This document shows, piece by piece, positions 37,099 through 48,879 of a stretch of DNA of 59,338 bases (position 1 is the stretch's first letter; every line of letters begins with the position of its first letter). The DNA is taken from positions 95,868,728 to 95,928,065 of the forward strand of contig NC_068989.1 of assembly GCF_001194135.2 (NCBI RefSeq). Direction: 5' to 3'. A program made the translations under genes and the position numbers. This DNA is from Octopus bimaculoides (lineage: Eukaryota). A model generated the notes under the pieces. That model ran no database searches. It was given only the letters and a program-made list of their open reading frames with translations, and was not told where the DNA came from.

Positions 37099-39112
37099 TC
37101 AGTGTTGATTTATTTATTTATTTATTTATAGGTCATTTGAAAAGATTCACACATTTTAAGAAGAAAAAAAACCCTCAAAGTTCTCCATCAGCCATTCAAA
37201 ATGCAAAGCAAAATGTCATGATCCATTTCATCTGTGTTTTATGTTCGTTTCCTCAACTCTTGTGAACCATGTGGATGTGCAACATGTCTTCCTTTTAAAT
37301 TATCTTTGTACTTGGCAGGTTTGGCAATTAATAAACAGTGTGATGGAACATCTCTTTACTGATAGGATAATTTTGTTCTAAATGGCACACAGTTTTATCA
37401 AAACATCCAGTCAATTATTCAGCTGACTGATTTGGCCTTGATGTTCAGATTAAATACAACTGAGGAATTTCAACCAATTATTTTTTTGTTTTTTATCACT
37501 TTTGTATTTTTATTTTCATTCTGGTTGAAAAGGGATGATTTCGTTGCAAATTGAAACATTTTTATAGGACTAAATATTAGTATTTATACAATGGCATTGC
37601 CTTTCCTAGTGCCAAACACTCAAACATGAATGTGTCTGGAGTAGCAGAGACATATCGTTGATGAGGGTACGAATGGAGAAGAAAGAACTCTGAACCTAGC
37701 TGAATGATTAAACAATTCGTTAGATAAACTAGTTGACTAATAATAATATTGGATGTAAAATATAAGCTAATATATAAAATTTTGGTCCAGCCAGATTCTT
37801 GCAACTTGCTATTTCACCTGTGGCTGCACATGGTCACATGGCCGAAGCTACGGGCATGGCTGCAGGTTTATGAAAGATCTTTTCTCAACCATAGGGTTTC
37901 TGGTTCAGTTCCACTGTGTGGCACTTTGGTCAGCCTGAAACTGCAGTAGAAGACACTTGCCCAAAGGCTTGTGAGTGGATTTGTTAGATGGAAACTGGAG
38001 AACCCCTTCATGTGTGTGCTTTGGTGGAGGTGGTATAAAGTGTAGTTTAAAGCAGCAAAAGTTTTGCTGGTTAAAAAAGTAAAGAAATTGTCTTCTGCAT
38101 AAAATAATCTTTACTAATCAACAGATTGTTTTTTTTCTAATCTAGACTACTTTTTGGCTCACATAGCAGTAGCAATGTCCTGTGTGTATTAGTAGTGCCC
38201 CAATAAAGACATTGTTTTCATGAGTTACTCTTGGTATGTAACCCAGACATGCAATGTTAAAAACTGAAGCCTTACAATTCCAGTATGGATATATAAAAGT
38301 TCTGCATACCCTCTTTCCAGCTGTCTCGAATAATAAAGAATTATGTTAAAATAAAATCTAATTTTTTTAATTTGCATCAATTACCAAAGATTAGAAATTT
38401 TAAGAATTTCATTAGAAGTAAGCTAAAGGTTGGCAGCCACTGTTGGTATGTTACCATCCTCTTCATTTGGTGGTTTGACTAACGAGACTGACAGAATAAG
38501 TATCAGGCTTTAAGAAAAAAAGTACTAGGGTTGGTTCGCTTGGCCACACTTCCCCCCCTTCACGGTCACAGTCGAATGACTTAAGCAAATAAAGGGTAAA
38601 AGGCATCTGTTTTATGTCTCTTCTTTCTTAATTCTAAATTCATTCTTCTAATCTTGTCAAACATCATGAAGAAATGATTATCTCCCTTGCATTAACTGTC
38701 CACTCGGGGACTGCATGCATTCATTTATAGATTTTAGACAGAGACAGTATGCCTTGGTGGAGCTTTTGAAAGGGTTAACAATTGGTCAGGGTTGAAGTAA
38801 ATAATTTGGTTTGTAGTTATGCTGTAGATGCAGGATCATTGAGAAATGTGTGTCTGTGTGTGGTCTATATGATGATGTTTGGCATGCTAAATTGATAAAA
38901 TGCCAACAAAAGCAAAAAACAGTAAAATAAAAAAAAAACACACACTAACAGAAATGTATTAAAAATATTAATCAGTAATGGTGAAAAAAAAAACCCGCCT
39001 AAGACGTAATTACATAAACTTTATTAACTTATCTGTCATTTTATGACATCCAACATCCGACATCCATCCGCCCAACTGGCAGGTTCTACCTTTGTCTCAC
39101 TTGTCTAACACA

Positions 39113-39126
39113 GTTGCTATAGCAAC
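39113..39126. promoter_or_regulatory. Perfect palindromic RFX X-box-like site GTTGCTATAGCAAC
   Basis: Matches the RFX consensus GTTRCYATRGYAAC. GC box CCGCCC at 39068-39073, CCCGCC near 38994, and a looser site GTTTCCTTTTGGCAAC at 39275-39290. Confidence 0.5.
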
Positions 39127-39540
39127 ACATGATCTATGAGCCTTTTCCATTGTATATTTCCAGGTTACTGCTAGATATAATTTCTACTACTATTTATATT
39201 TTTACTACCAGACAAATCGCCAATATAAAAAATAAACAACACAAAATATTTAAATGAGAACAAATTTATTGCTTGTTTCCTTTTGGCAACAGCCACAGTT
39301 GGTTGTTATGTTATTTTTGAAAGCCTTTTCCTTTTCTTTTTCTTTTGCTTTTTAATAGTTCACCTTCAAAGAGGGAGAAGGTCCTTTTAAGGAAGACCCT
39401 GACCACTTGCTTAATATTATCTTAGCATGGTTATATGGTGAAGAAATTCACTTTGCAACCATATGGTTTTGGGTTCAATCCCACTTTCTGGTAGCTTGAG
39501 CAAGTATCTTCTACTGTAGCCTTTGACCAACCAATGTCTT

Positions 39541-39740
39541 TTGAAGAAAGCTAACATCTTGGAAAAAGGTTGGGAAGAAACTGCAACTGATTAAACAAGA
39601 TAGAAGAAAGCAATCCATGATGGAAGGGAGAACTTTGAAGCAGCTCGAAGAAATCACAAAAGGTTGAAGCTAGAAAGGGTGTGGGCGTGATATTTTCTGG
39701 AAATGTATGTGACCAGAGTGAGCAATGAATAGGGGAAATT
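39541..39740 (+). mobile_element. Ancient LINE ORF2 C-terminus of a second RTE-type family
   Basis: LKKANI..GWEETATD*TR*KKAIHDGRENFEAARRNHKR matches the RTE motif WE..A.DR..W+.AI..G...FE; then FSGNVCDQSEQ*IG resembles the decayed terminal F.C..C.R...RIG zinc finger. Confidence 0.6.
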
Positions 39741-40972
39741 CTGTAGATAAAGCAAATCTTTTATAACAGACAATACTGACTCAACCATTATTTACGTTTT
39801 GAATTAAAAAGTAAAACATGTGTCGGCTTAGAGTGATGGTTTGCCAGAATACTTGTTTCTAAATCCAAGTATGCTTTTGTTTTCAGTTGTGTTAGTAAAT
39901 CTTCACTTTTAATATTAATGACTTGCTCACTGTATGCTAGGCATTCTCTGGTGACATCATCCACATGCAAATGAGTTATCTCATGTCAAACATCTGCTGC
40001 TTCTTTCAGCATAGATTTTGGTAAACTCCTACAGTTGATACTTGACAATCTAATTACTTTCATCAGCACCTAGACAATCATTAGTAACATGCAGGTCTAA
40101 TTAGCGAAATTCATACTCCCACCTTGTGAATAAAATCTTTTGGATAAAACTGTCAAATGAACTCCAGTTGTTGGGACTTGCCATCTCTTGTAATATTCTG
40201 TAGCACAATGACTACAAATTCCATTTCAGGCTCAGAAATGTTTACCATCTAAAATTACAACAAACTGATGGGTTTTAGTTTAGCATACCCTTGACAATTA
40301 CAGGATGGTCTGGATGCCAGGTTCTAAGCAATTCTAGATTGTATCCAAAATAAAGTCATAAAACTGGTAAGAAATCATTTCTTTCCTTACACCCACAATA
40401 ACGACAAGCCTGACAGTAGTATTCTTGCTCATTTCTTCTTCTACTACTACTACTGCTACACTGTCTGTTTCTTTGAATACACACACACATATATCCCTTA
40501 TTCCTAAACACACACCCCAACACACATGTGTCACCTCTCAGCATCACTGTTGTGTCTTACCTCACTGATATTATACTGTGTGGTTTTGGGCTCAATTCCA
40601 TAGCACAGAACCTTAGGTAAAAACTTCCATCTAGCATCAGGTGGACTAAAGTTTCATAAATTAGATTTTAGAAGGAAAGTGCATGGAAATTTATTGTTGG
40701 AAGGTAAATTTAATTCTGTAGCCAAGTTTAAAACCATGAACTGCTCTTTGGATGTCTTAAGCAGAACCACTCTGATGCTAAGATTTGGACCTGATCTTTG
40801 ATGTGAGAATGATCTCCTCCCTTTATCCTACCAATGTGGGTATTTATATATCATCTGTAATTTTAGGGTTGTCCCTTCATCAAATCCATACCAAACCATT
40901 TAGAATGAAGAGCACAACGTATGTGGTCAGTAATACCGGATCAAAAGCATCAAGTCCAACAAAATACATATT

Positions 40973-41060
40973 TTCTTCAGATATTCTTAGATGGAGTCGC
41001 TGCTATCATCGGTTTTCCAACTGATTATAACTGCGACTCCATCTAAGAATATCTGAAGAA
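40973..41060. repeat. Perfect 28-bp inverted repeat forming an 88-nt hairpin
   Basis: TTCTTCAGATATTCTTAGATGGAGTCGC (40973-41000) is the exact reverse complement of 41033-41060; the 32-nt spacer also pairs imperfectly. Confidence 0.95.
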
Positions 41061-41081
41061 GGAATTGCATTCCAAAATATC
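41053..41081 (+). ncRNA. Degenerate Penelope-type hammerhead-like motif (G12->A)
   Basis: CTGAAGA-A-GGAAT(TGC)ATTCC-AAAA-TATC: 5-bp helix II, AAAA where GAAA is expected (consistent with CCGAAA->CCAAAA CpG decay), palindromic ATAT then C as an AUC site. Helix I is poor. Confidence 0.4.
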
Positions 41082-43133
41082 AACGGACTATGGATAACTA
41101 AATTAGAACAAGTATATAGTCCATTTTTTGTATTATAGTGCATTGTTGTACCATTCAAAACCTTTTATTCTTTGCAAACAATACACAATGCTTCAAGTGA
41201 ACTACAATACTCTCCTATATATATATATATATATATANNNNNNNNNNNNNNNNNNNNNNNNNNNNNNNNNNNNNNNNNNNNNNNNNNNNNNNNNNNNNNN
41301 NNNNNNNNNNNNNNNNNNNNNNNNNNNNNNNNNNNNNNNNNNNNNNNNNNNNNNNNNNNNNNNNNNNNNNNNNNNNNNNNNNNNNNNNNNNNNNNNNNNN
41401 NNNNNNNNNNNNNNNNNNNNNNNNNNNNNNNNNNNNNNNNNNNNNNNNNNNNNNNNACACACACACACACACACACACACACATTTGTCATCTATATTAT
41501 GTCCCTTTTTTTTCCCCAAGACTGGCATGGCTTAGACTAAACTTTTTGAGGCAGATTTTCTAAAGTTGTATACTCTTCCAGTCACTGAATCCAAGATACA
41601 CTTTTTTCATTTATCTGAAAACCACAAGATTTTGAATTGAAATTCTTAACCACCGTAGCATACTCGAAATTACACACACACACAGACATACACTTTATAG
41701 GATTTCTTGTGGAATAATGCAGCCATTAACATTTATCTGGATTGAATATTTTAGTCTGTGTAATTACATAATCCTCATTTGATATTCTGTCTCTCCCCAA
41801 TGGACATAAATTGGTCGTGTGTGAAAACTGATATATTTTTCTTCGTAAATGAATATCAAATACTGCAGTCTTTGCTATTGTAGACATTTTCTGTAGTTGG
41901 TCCTAGAGTAGAGTAAATAATTGAAATTAATAGAATAACAACCTATTGTTTCTAGCACTGCCCAAGACTCCTTCAGAAGAGTTTTCACTGCTCATTCTTT
42001 ATTTTCCTCCTTCGTTTCAGCTCTTGGTATTACACTTAATTATGGTCAGTTTTCCACAAATGATTGTACGCCAAACAACGTCATTTGTATGTGATACTCG
42101 TTTGTAACCATCACATGATGTCAAGGCAAGAACACACACATACACATATATATATACATGCATACATGCCAAGCTTTTATTAGTTTCCAACTATCAAATC
42201 CACCCACAAAGCATTGGTCATCCTTGGCCTATAATAGATGTTTGCCCAAGGTACCATGTAGTGAGACTGAACCCAAATTAGGTGGTTCTTGTTAATCCCA
42301 CAGCCATTCCTGCATCTAAAACAAGTTAAAAAGGTAAAAAGGTTCTTATCTAAAATTTCTGTGAATGTTCATATTTCAATCTAAAGAATTTAAAATTAGA
42401 GATTTTGTATCCTGGAATTAGAAGTAATGTCAGTTTGCTTTTGAGTTGCTTAAACTTTGTTCTTATCACTTCTTCTCAATCATGGGAAGATTACATTACT
42501 TCTTTTCTTTTGAGACTGGTTTTTGTCATGGGACTGTCGCCATGCTGGATCACTGCCTTCATAGATTTTGATTTGGTACTTTATCAATTCCTGTTTACTG
42601 AATGGTTCAGTTATCTTTTGTTGTAAGTCAACACTCGTTATTGTTGTTTAACCCCAGATCAACTTTGAGTGAAGAAACCTATCATGGCAAACCAATAGTG
42701 AAGGCCATCTCAGTGGTTAGTGAAAAGGGCATAGGGTCAAGAGGTTCCTTTACTTTTGTTGAGGACATGATAACCCCTTCGTGCTGGTGCTCTGACAAAC
42801 TACATGCTTTGGCTGGTGATAGGATAAGCACCCATCTACAGGAAGTAATCTAAAACTAAAACATACAAGCAAGCAGTCTTCTGGGTTAGAGTATACCCTG
42901 CTATAATTATCTGGTGTTTTTAAGGGATTACATTGTTTAAAATGTCCTTCCTTATTCAAGACCTTGGTATCTAAGGCTCATCTAACTGTTATTTCAAGCG
43001 ATCTCACAGAGGCTCCCTCATTACTTTGCGTTTGTCACAATTTTCTATTCAAGTGTCAGAAACCGTGTTCTATAAGCCAGCAGCTCTGTTCAGTCAACAG
43101 ACTAAAGTCACGCCAAATATCAGTGTACATATT

Positions 43134-43167
<34 letters not shown>

Positions 43168-44900
43168 CAGGATAATGTACTGAAGAAAGCACATTACGAA
43201 TAAATTAAATTTGAATATTGATTTTTGTACATCTGTTAAATAAGTGACATTATATAGGAAAGGTAATAAACTAAAAAAATTTTTTTTAATTTTTAAATCC
43301 AACACATTGTAATATTCAAAACTGAAATTTATTGTTTATCAATAAATGTTTAACCCTGGAATTTACATATATTTAACATTTATTCGGTCTTTTCAGTTCC
43401 TCAGTTACCGGCAGAAGAAGGGAATAACAAAAGCAGCTCTTCTTGAATAATCATGGCTATTGGTACATTAGGATGGAAATAATGTACTTTGGAAGTTTTC
43501 AACTAGAAAGGAACATCTTTGAAAATAATGGCTTTTCTATGCATGCGTCTGTGTGAGTGAGTGTATAATATGCGTATACATCATCACTACCATCATCCTC
43601 ATCACACTCACACACACATATATGGATGTTCCTGTCTGTGAATGCATGCACATTCATTAAGTCATATTCCATAACTCCATTCTTTCCTCATCAGTGAATA
43701 TAATTTCTTCAAGGTAAACCACCAAGATAGATGTTGATTTCCTCTTAGTTTTTTTTTTTCTTTTTGTTTTTTAGCTATTGGTGTCAAGTCTGTGACCCTA
43801 GTGGTTATGATGTTGGGCTCATCAATGATTGTTTGTGAGTTCAATTCCTTGACCAGAAGACCCATTATATCCTCGAACAAGACTTTTCAGTTTACCTTGA
43901 TCCAGTCTGTTTGGCTGAAATGAGTTTCAGCCAACAGCATTGATGCAGCCTTCTTCTCTTCTTTCTCCGGTTGTCATGTCTTGGATGTTTCATTTCCAGC
44001 AGGGTATCCATGTATACTCATAAATACCTTGGTACCAAAAGCAATTAAAAGAAAATCAGGATACATACTTTAATGTCTTACTTTTGGATGGCAACTTATC
44101 TCTATTGTCAGATTAGTTGTGTAGGAAGTTTTCCATGGATTTGTTTCAAACACAGAATAACTCAACATAGCAGACATGCTGTATTTGGAACCAATAACAT
44201 TTTGACTAATTGTTTCTTTAATCCAGAGCAGCCAGCTCTCTGGTTTGTGGGTTTCTTCTTCCTTCCTTCACACCAGACTCAGTGACCTCGGAAATGGTCA
44301 TTGGCACTGCCTTTTCTCCTGACAATAGAATTAAATAAGCATGCGCACGCACACACACACTCTCTCTCCCACTCTCACTCCCCTTCTCGCCTTAGATTTA
44401 TGGTTAATGTATCAGCAAACGATAACAGAATTCCTTCTTTGACATGAGAGTATGATAGTTTCGTCTGAAGTGTTCCAGGCAACTTTCAAGATGTTCCATC
44501 TGGAAATAAATAAAAACTTTTCCAGATTCCTTAGAATTGGGCTGGTATTAAGATACAAAGCACACTCTGAGTGTTTTCGGGTCATCTTTTGTTTTGGTTT
44601 CTTATCCAGATAAAACATCTTGCAGATCCCTTTTCTATGGCCTGACTCCGACCACTTTCTTGAGAGTCAAAATCGATAGATAGAAACTTAATGAAGGCAC
44701 AGAGTATGTGTGTGTCTCTAAACGTGTGTGTGTGTGTGTAAGCATGCGTGCAGATATGTCTGTACGTAATCTTTTCCTTTTTTTCTTGTGTCTTCACATG
44801 AAACCAGCTGAGCAGAAAATGGAAATATAATGTCTGTGTTCCTGATAACGATACAACCTGCCAATCTGCATTTTTGAAGTCTCGTGGAATGAAAGTTCTC

Positions 44901-45128
44901 TTAACCCTTTAGCATTCAGATTTCTCTGTCAAATGTGATTCTTATTTATTCTCATTGTTTTGGATTTATCCTGCATTGTCTTGTTACCTTGTGATTTCGA
45001 TGATGTGATTATTTATATTCAAAATGACATTGTAGGGTAAGTGTGAGATGTCAGATCTGCCCGGTTTGAACTTGAAGCAGGTAAAATATTTTGGCTGCAT
45101 ATGACTGGTTTATATGCTAAATGGTTAA
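44901..45128 (+). mobile_element. piggyBac-like MITE, family 1
   Basis: TTAA-CCCTTTAGCATTCA ... TATATGCTAAATGG-TTAA. Confidence 0.8.
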
Positions 45129-45236
45129 GAAGGTAAGGTTGGCAACAGAAAGAGCATTCAAGCATGAAATCTTGCCTTAAATATGTCTCCACTTAGCATA
45201 GAAAGCAAGGAAGTAGATTGAACAAATATTTCTATT

Positions 45237-45267
<31 letters not shown>

Positions 45268-45513
45268 ACAATTGAAAAATTTTCATTCGTTTAACTTCCA
45301 TTTTTCCATGCTGGCATAGGTTTGGTCTGAGAATTCTTTGAGAAAGGATTTCTTTAGCCAGGTGTTCTTTATGTACTCCAAACTTTACCTGTTTCGCGAA
45401 TATGGAATTTTTTTTTTGTTCCACGAGTTTTCAAAAGAACAAAGCAACTGGTTAGAATGTCAGCACCAGCACTACTTTGTTCCGTTGGTGACAAGTGTGG
45501 ACTATAAATGTTG

Positions 45514-45722
45514 ACAGGAGCATGACTGTGTGCTTAAGAAGCTTGCTGTGCAACCATGTGGTTTCCGGTTCAGTCCCACTGTGCAGTGCCTTGGGCAAAT
45601 GTCTTTTACTCTACCTCCAAGTCAACAGATGCCTTGTGAATGAATTTGGTAGAAGGAAACTTTGTCGTACCACTGCTTGACATCTGGTATTGGTTTGTCT
45701 ACATCTTTGTGGCTTAACAGTT
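45514..45722 (+). mobile_element. Family A SINE, partial
   Basis: ggagcatgactgtgtgcttaagaagcttgc..ggttcagtcccactgtgcagtgccttgggcaaatgtctt. Confidence 0.75.
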
Positions 45723-45800
45723 TGGGAAAAAGAGAAGGATGGATTACATATTTTTTTGATTCATTCACAAGACTTTGGTCAGAGCAGAGCTATGATTGAA

Positions 45801-46517
45801 GGCATTGAGCTGGCAGAACCGTTAGCACGCCGGGCGAAATGCTGAGCAGTATTTCGTCTGCTGCTACGTTCATCATCATCATCATCATCATCGTTTAACG
45901 TCCGCTTTCCATGCTAGCATGGGTTGGACGATTTGACTGAGGACTGGTGAAACCGGATGGCAACACCAGGCTCCAGTCTAATTTGGCAGAGTTTCTACAG
46001 CTGGATGCCCTTCCTAACGCCAACCACTCAGAGAGTGTAGTGGGTGCTTTTACGTGTCACCCGCACGAAAACGGCCACGCTCGAAATGGTGTCTTTTATG
46101 TGNNNNNNNNNNNNNNNNNNNNNNNNNNNNNNNNNNNNNNNNNNNNNNNNNNNNNNNNNNNNNNNNNNNNNNNNNNNNNNNNNNNNNNNNNNNNNNNNNN
46201 NNNNNNNNNNNNNNNNNNNNNNNNNGGCACTGGCAACGATCTCGCTCGAAAATCCTACGGGAGCCAGTCAGGCGGTACTGGCAACGGCCACGCTCAAAAT
46301 GGTGCATCTCATGTGCCACCCGCACAAGAACCAGTCCAGGGGCACTGGCAACGATCTTACTTGGCTTGCCGCAGAGATCGACTTTGCCTTTCATCCTTTC
46401 GGGGTCGATTAAATAAGTACCAGTTATGCACTGGGGTTGATATAATCGACTTAAGCCCTTTGTCTGTCCTTGTTTGTCCCCTCTATGTTTAGCCCCTTGT
46501 GGGCAATATAGAAATAA
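45801..46517 (+). mobile_element. Family C tRNA-derived SINE with 15-bp TSD, interrupted by a young RTE tail (45871-46367)
   Basis: Head gagctggcagaaccgttagcacgccgggcgaaatg; 3' part gactttgcctttcatcctttcggggtcg..gcaatatagaaata; TSD AGAGCTATGATTGAA (45786-800) / AGAGCTATGATAAAA (46517-31). Confidence 0.85.
45871..46367 (-). mobile_element. Young RTE 3' tail and UTR copy containing a gap
   Basis: Two mismatches in ~210 bp versus 59125-59336; (CAT)n at 45871. Confidence 0.92.
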
Positions 46518-47010
46518 GAGCTATGATAAAAGACACTTGCACAACAACCGAACACAAAAGCTTGTGCTTGTGAAGTAAACACCTGACCTCAACCACAAAC
46601 CTGTGTCTGTTCAATACATACTAATATTCAATCAAATAACAGCAGGAGAAGAACTGGAGTTTTCACAATTGTTTGCTTCAACTTTCACATTGTTGCTTAT
46701 TTGTCTTCAATAAATGGTTACACAAAACAGAAAACAAACAGTTTTGCTTTTGTCCTTTCAAGATTGATAATATATGTAGATATTATTTCTGATTGAATAA
46801 GTCTTTTGCTTCTCTGTGTTTCATGTGTAGCTGCAGAGGACCTTGAGGCAGGTTATGGCTCTTGCCCGAAGATCCTCTCCGTCTACACGTGAAACTGTTA
46901 ACAAGTGACTCATTTGAATAAAACCAAATGTTATAAATGTTATTAATGTTATTAATGTCTACCATTCTACTGAGTACTTTTTATCCTTAACAGTCTACAC
47001 TAAAAGAGTA

Positions 47011-47074
<64 letters not shown>

Positions 47075-47238
47075 ATACACTCACGTGTGTGTGTGTGTTT
47101 ATTATTGCTCCTCATACCCTTGATGTAAATGTGTTTCAGTGTAAAGTGAAACATGTGTAAATAATAAAGAAATTAGTAACAATTTAATGACCAAGCAGCA
47201 GTTGGTTCTCTACCTGTACAAATATAGATTTGACTCAC

Positions 47239-47294
47239 CTGTGGGAATGGTTGATGGTTAAGAAAATGGCAGTTTGCCAGAGTCAGCTCATCTG
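47239..47294 (-). CDS. Candidate orphan exon (56 or 53 nt): DELTLANCHFLNHQPFPQ
   Basis: Tandem acceptor atttgtatttag/cag, strong donor CAG|gtgagt, open frame. No homology recognised. Confidence 0.22.
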
Positions 47295-48699
47295 CTAAAT
47301 ACAAATATTTTGCTGCTGCAGACAATGTTGTTTAGTTTCAACTAAAATAAAATTTGGAATTTTCTTTTTTCTTTTTAATTTTTGAAATGTGAGAAAAGTA
47401 AGTAGTTAGTTGTCTGTTTGATTCATTTAACTCACGTTTAAACAACATGGAGATTTGGAACGAAAAAATGTTGTACAAACATAATATTCTCAGTACTCGG
47501 TCAAACTTCTTTCACTGCTCACTTGATAACGTCTGCTTTTCTTGTGTTGAAGGTGGAAGCAATTGTTAGTTCTCTCATGTTTGTATTTCTTATGGAATCC
47601 ACTTGTATTTGTTAATTTCAATGATAATCTAGAATTTAGAGGGATTTAGTGAGTGGTTAATTTATTCTTATTGATAAGCTGTTCAGAATATAACTTAAAG
47701 GTTCTTATGCAAAATTATGTTGGTGGATTCTAACATTTTAAAGTTAAAGGTTTTGTATCATAGAACCAGAGATAATGCTATGAAGTTTCTATTAAATGCA
47801 TTAGACTCTGAATTCCTCATTTCTTGTAATTTGTGAAAGTTTTAATCTTTTGTTACCATATTTCTGATGAAATCCATTTCAAAAATACTGAAGAATTTAA
47901 TAAATTAACTGACATTATTAAGCTGGTATTTGGAAGAGAAATTAACATGAAATTTAGATGGGAAATTTCATTTACTATCACTTTAAACAAGAAGCCTGTA
48001 TCATACGACAACAAGCTTGTCTCAAGTGATTTAGGGAGCTTGAGGAAGGCAATGCTTGTAAGACAGTTTCAGGTGGGTAGTATCAAGATGGTTTGCACTT
48101 TGGCCCTTTCACTTCATGAAAGGATTAAACTTATACCTTTGCCACTGTATAAGATGCATTCTTACCTACGATAAATCCCTATATTTTCTTTTCCTTTTTT
48201 TTCTTTTGTGTATGAAAAAACAAAATTTAATCTGTAGTCATCATACACTTCAATATCTGTGCTACAGATGCATTAGATGCATGGCAATCTTTTTGTTACA
48301 TTTAAGAATAAAAGAAGCATGTCTTATTTGCCAACATGCACAGTAAGTGGCTAATGTGCTTGAGGAAATATGAATGTTATACAGCCTCATTTTTCTATCC
48401 TAATTCTGAAGTTTTTGAAGCTAAGAAAGAGAAATTGTTCATCCATAGTAGGGCAACTAAGCTCTCAGGAAGCTAAATGCTGGGGACTGGCTTCCCTTCC
48501 TAAATGAAGCCTGTTTGGTTCACTTTTTTTTTAATTTCTAATGAAGACCCTTATGTATATCAAACTCAATTTCCATCCAATCTGGCCTTATTGGATATTA
48601 TATTTTGGGGACTTCTGCATCCTAATAGAGAGAATAGACCACTCAGCAACACTGATGCCATTAGCAGGCACACACACAATATGGAATCAAGGACGTACC

Positions 48700-48815
48700 A
48701 GGATTTATGATCAACTTTACTTTTCATTCTTTTGGGGTCTATGAAGCGAGTACGAGTTAAGCACTGGGTATATTGTAATTGACTTACCTTTTCCCTTAAA
48801 ATTGCTGGCCTTTCT
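48700..48815 (+). mobile_element. Family C SINE 3' fragment
   Basis: gatcaactttacttttcattcttttggggtc..gcactggg..aattgacttac..aaaattgctggcc, homologous to 46377-46455. Confidence 0.6.
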
Positions 48816-48831
48816 ATCAAAATTTGAAATC

Positions 48832-48833
48832 AC

Positions 48834-48878
<45 letters not shown>
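48832..48878. repeat. (TTA)n microsatellite
   Basis: Directly visible. Confidence 0.97.

Positions 48879-48879
<1 letters not shown>

Noticed and set aside
47833-48174. 113-aa plus-strand ORF
   Set aside because: Low-information AT-rich codons, no motif and no supporting splice signals.
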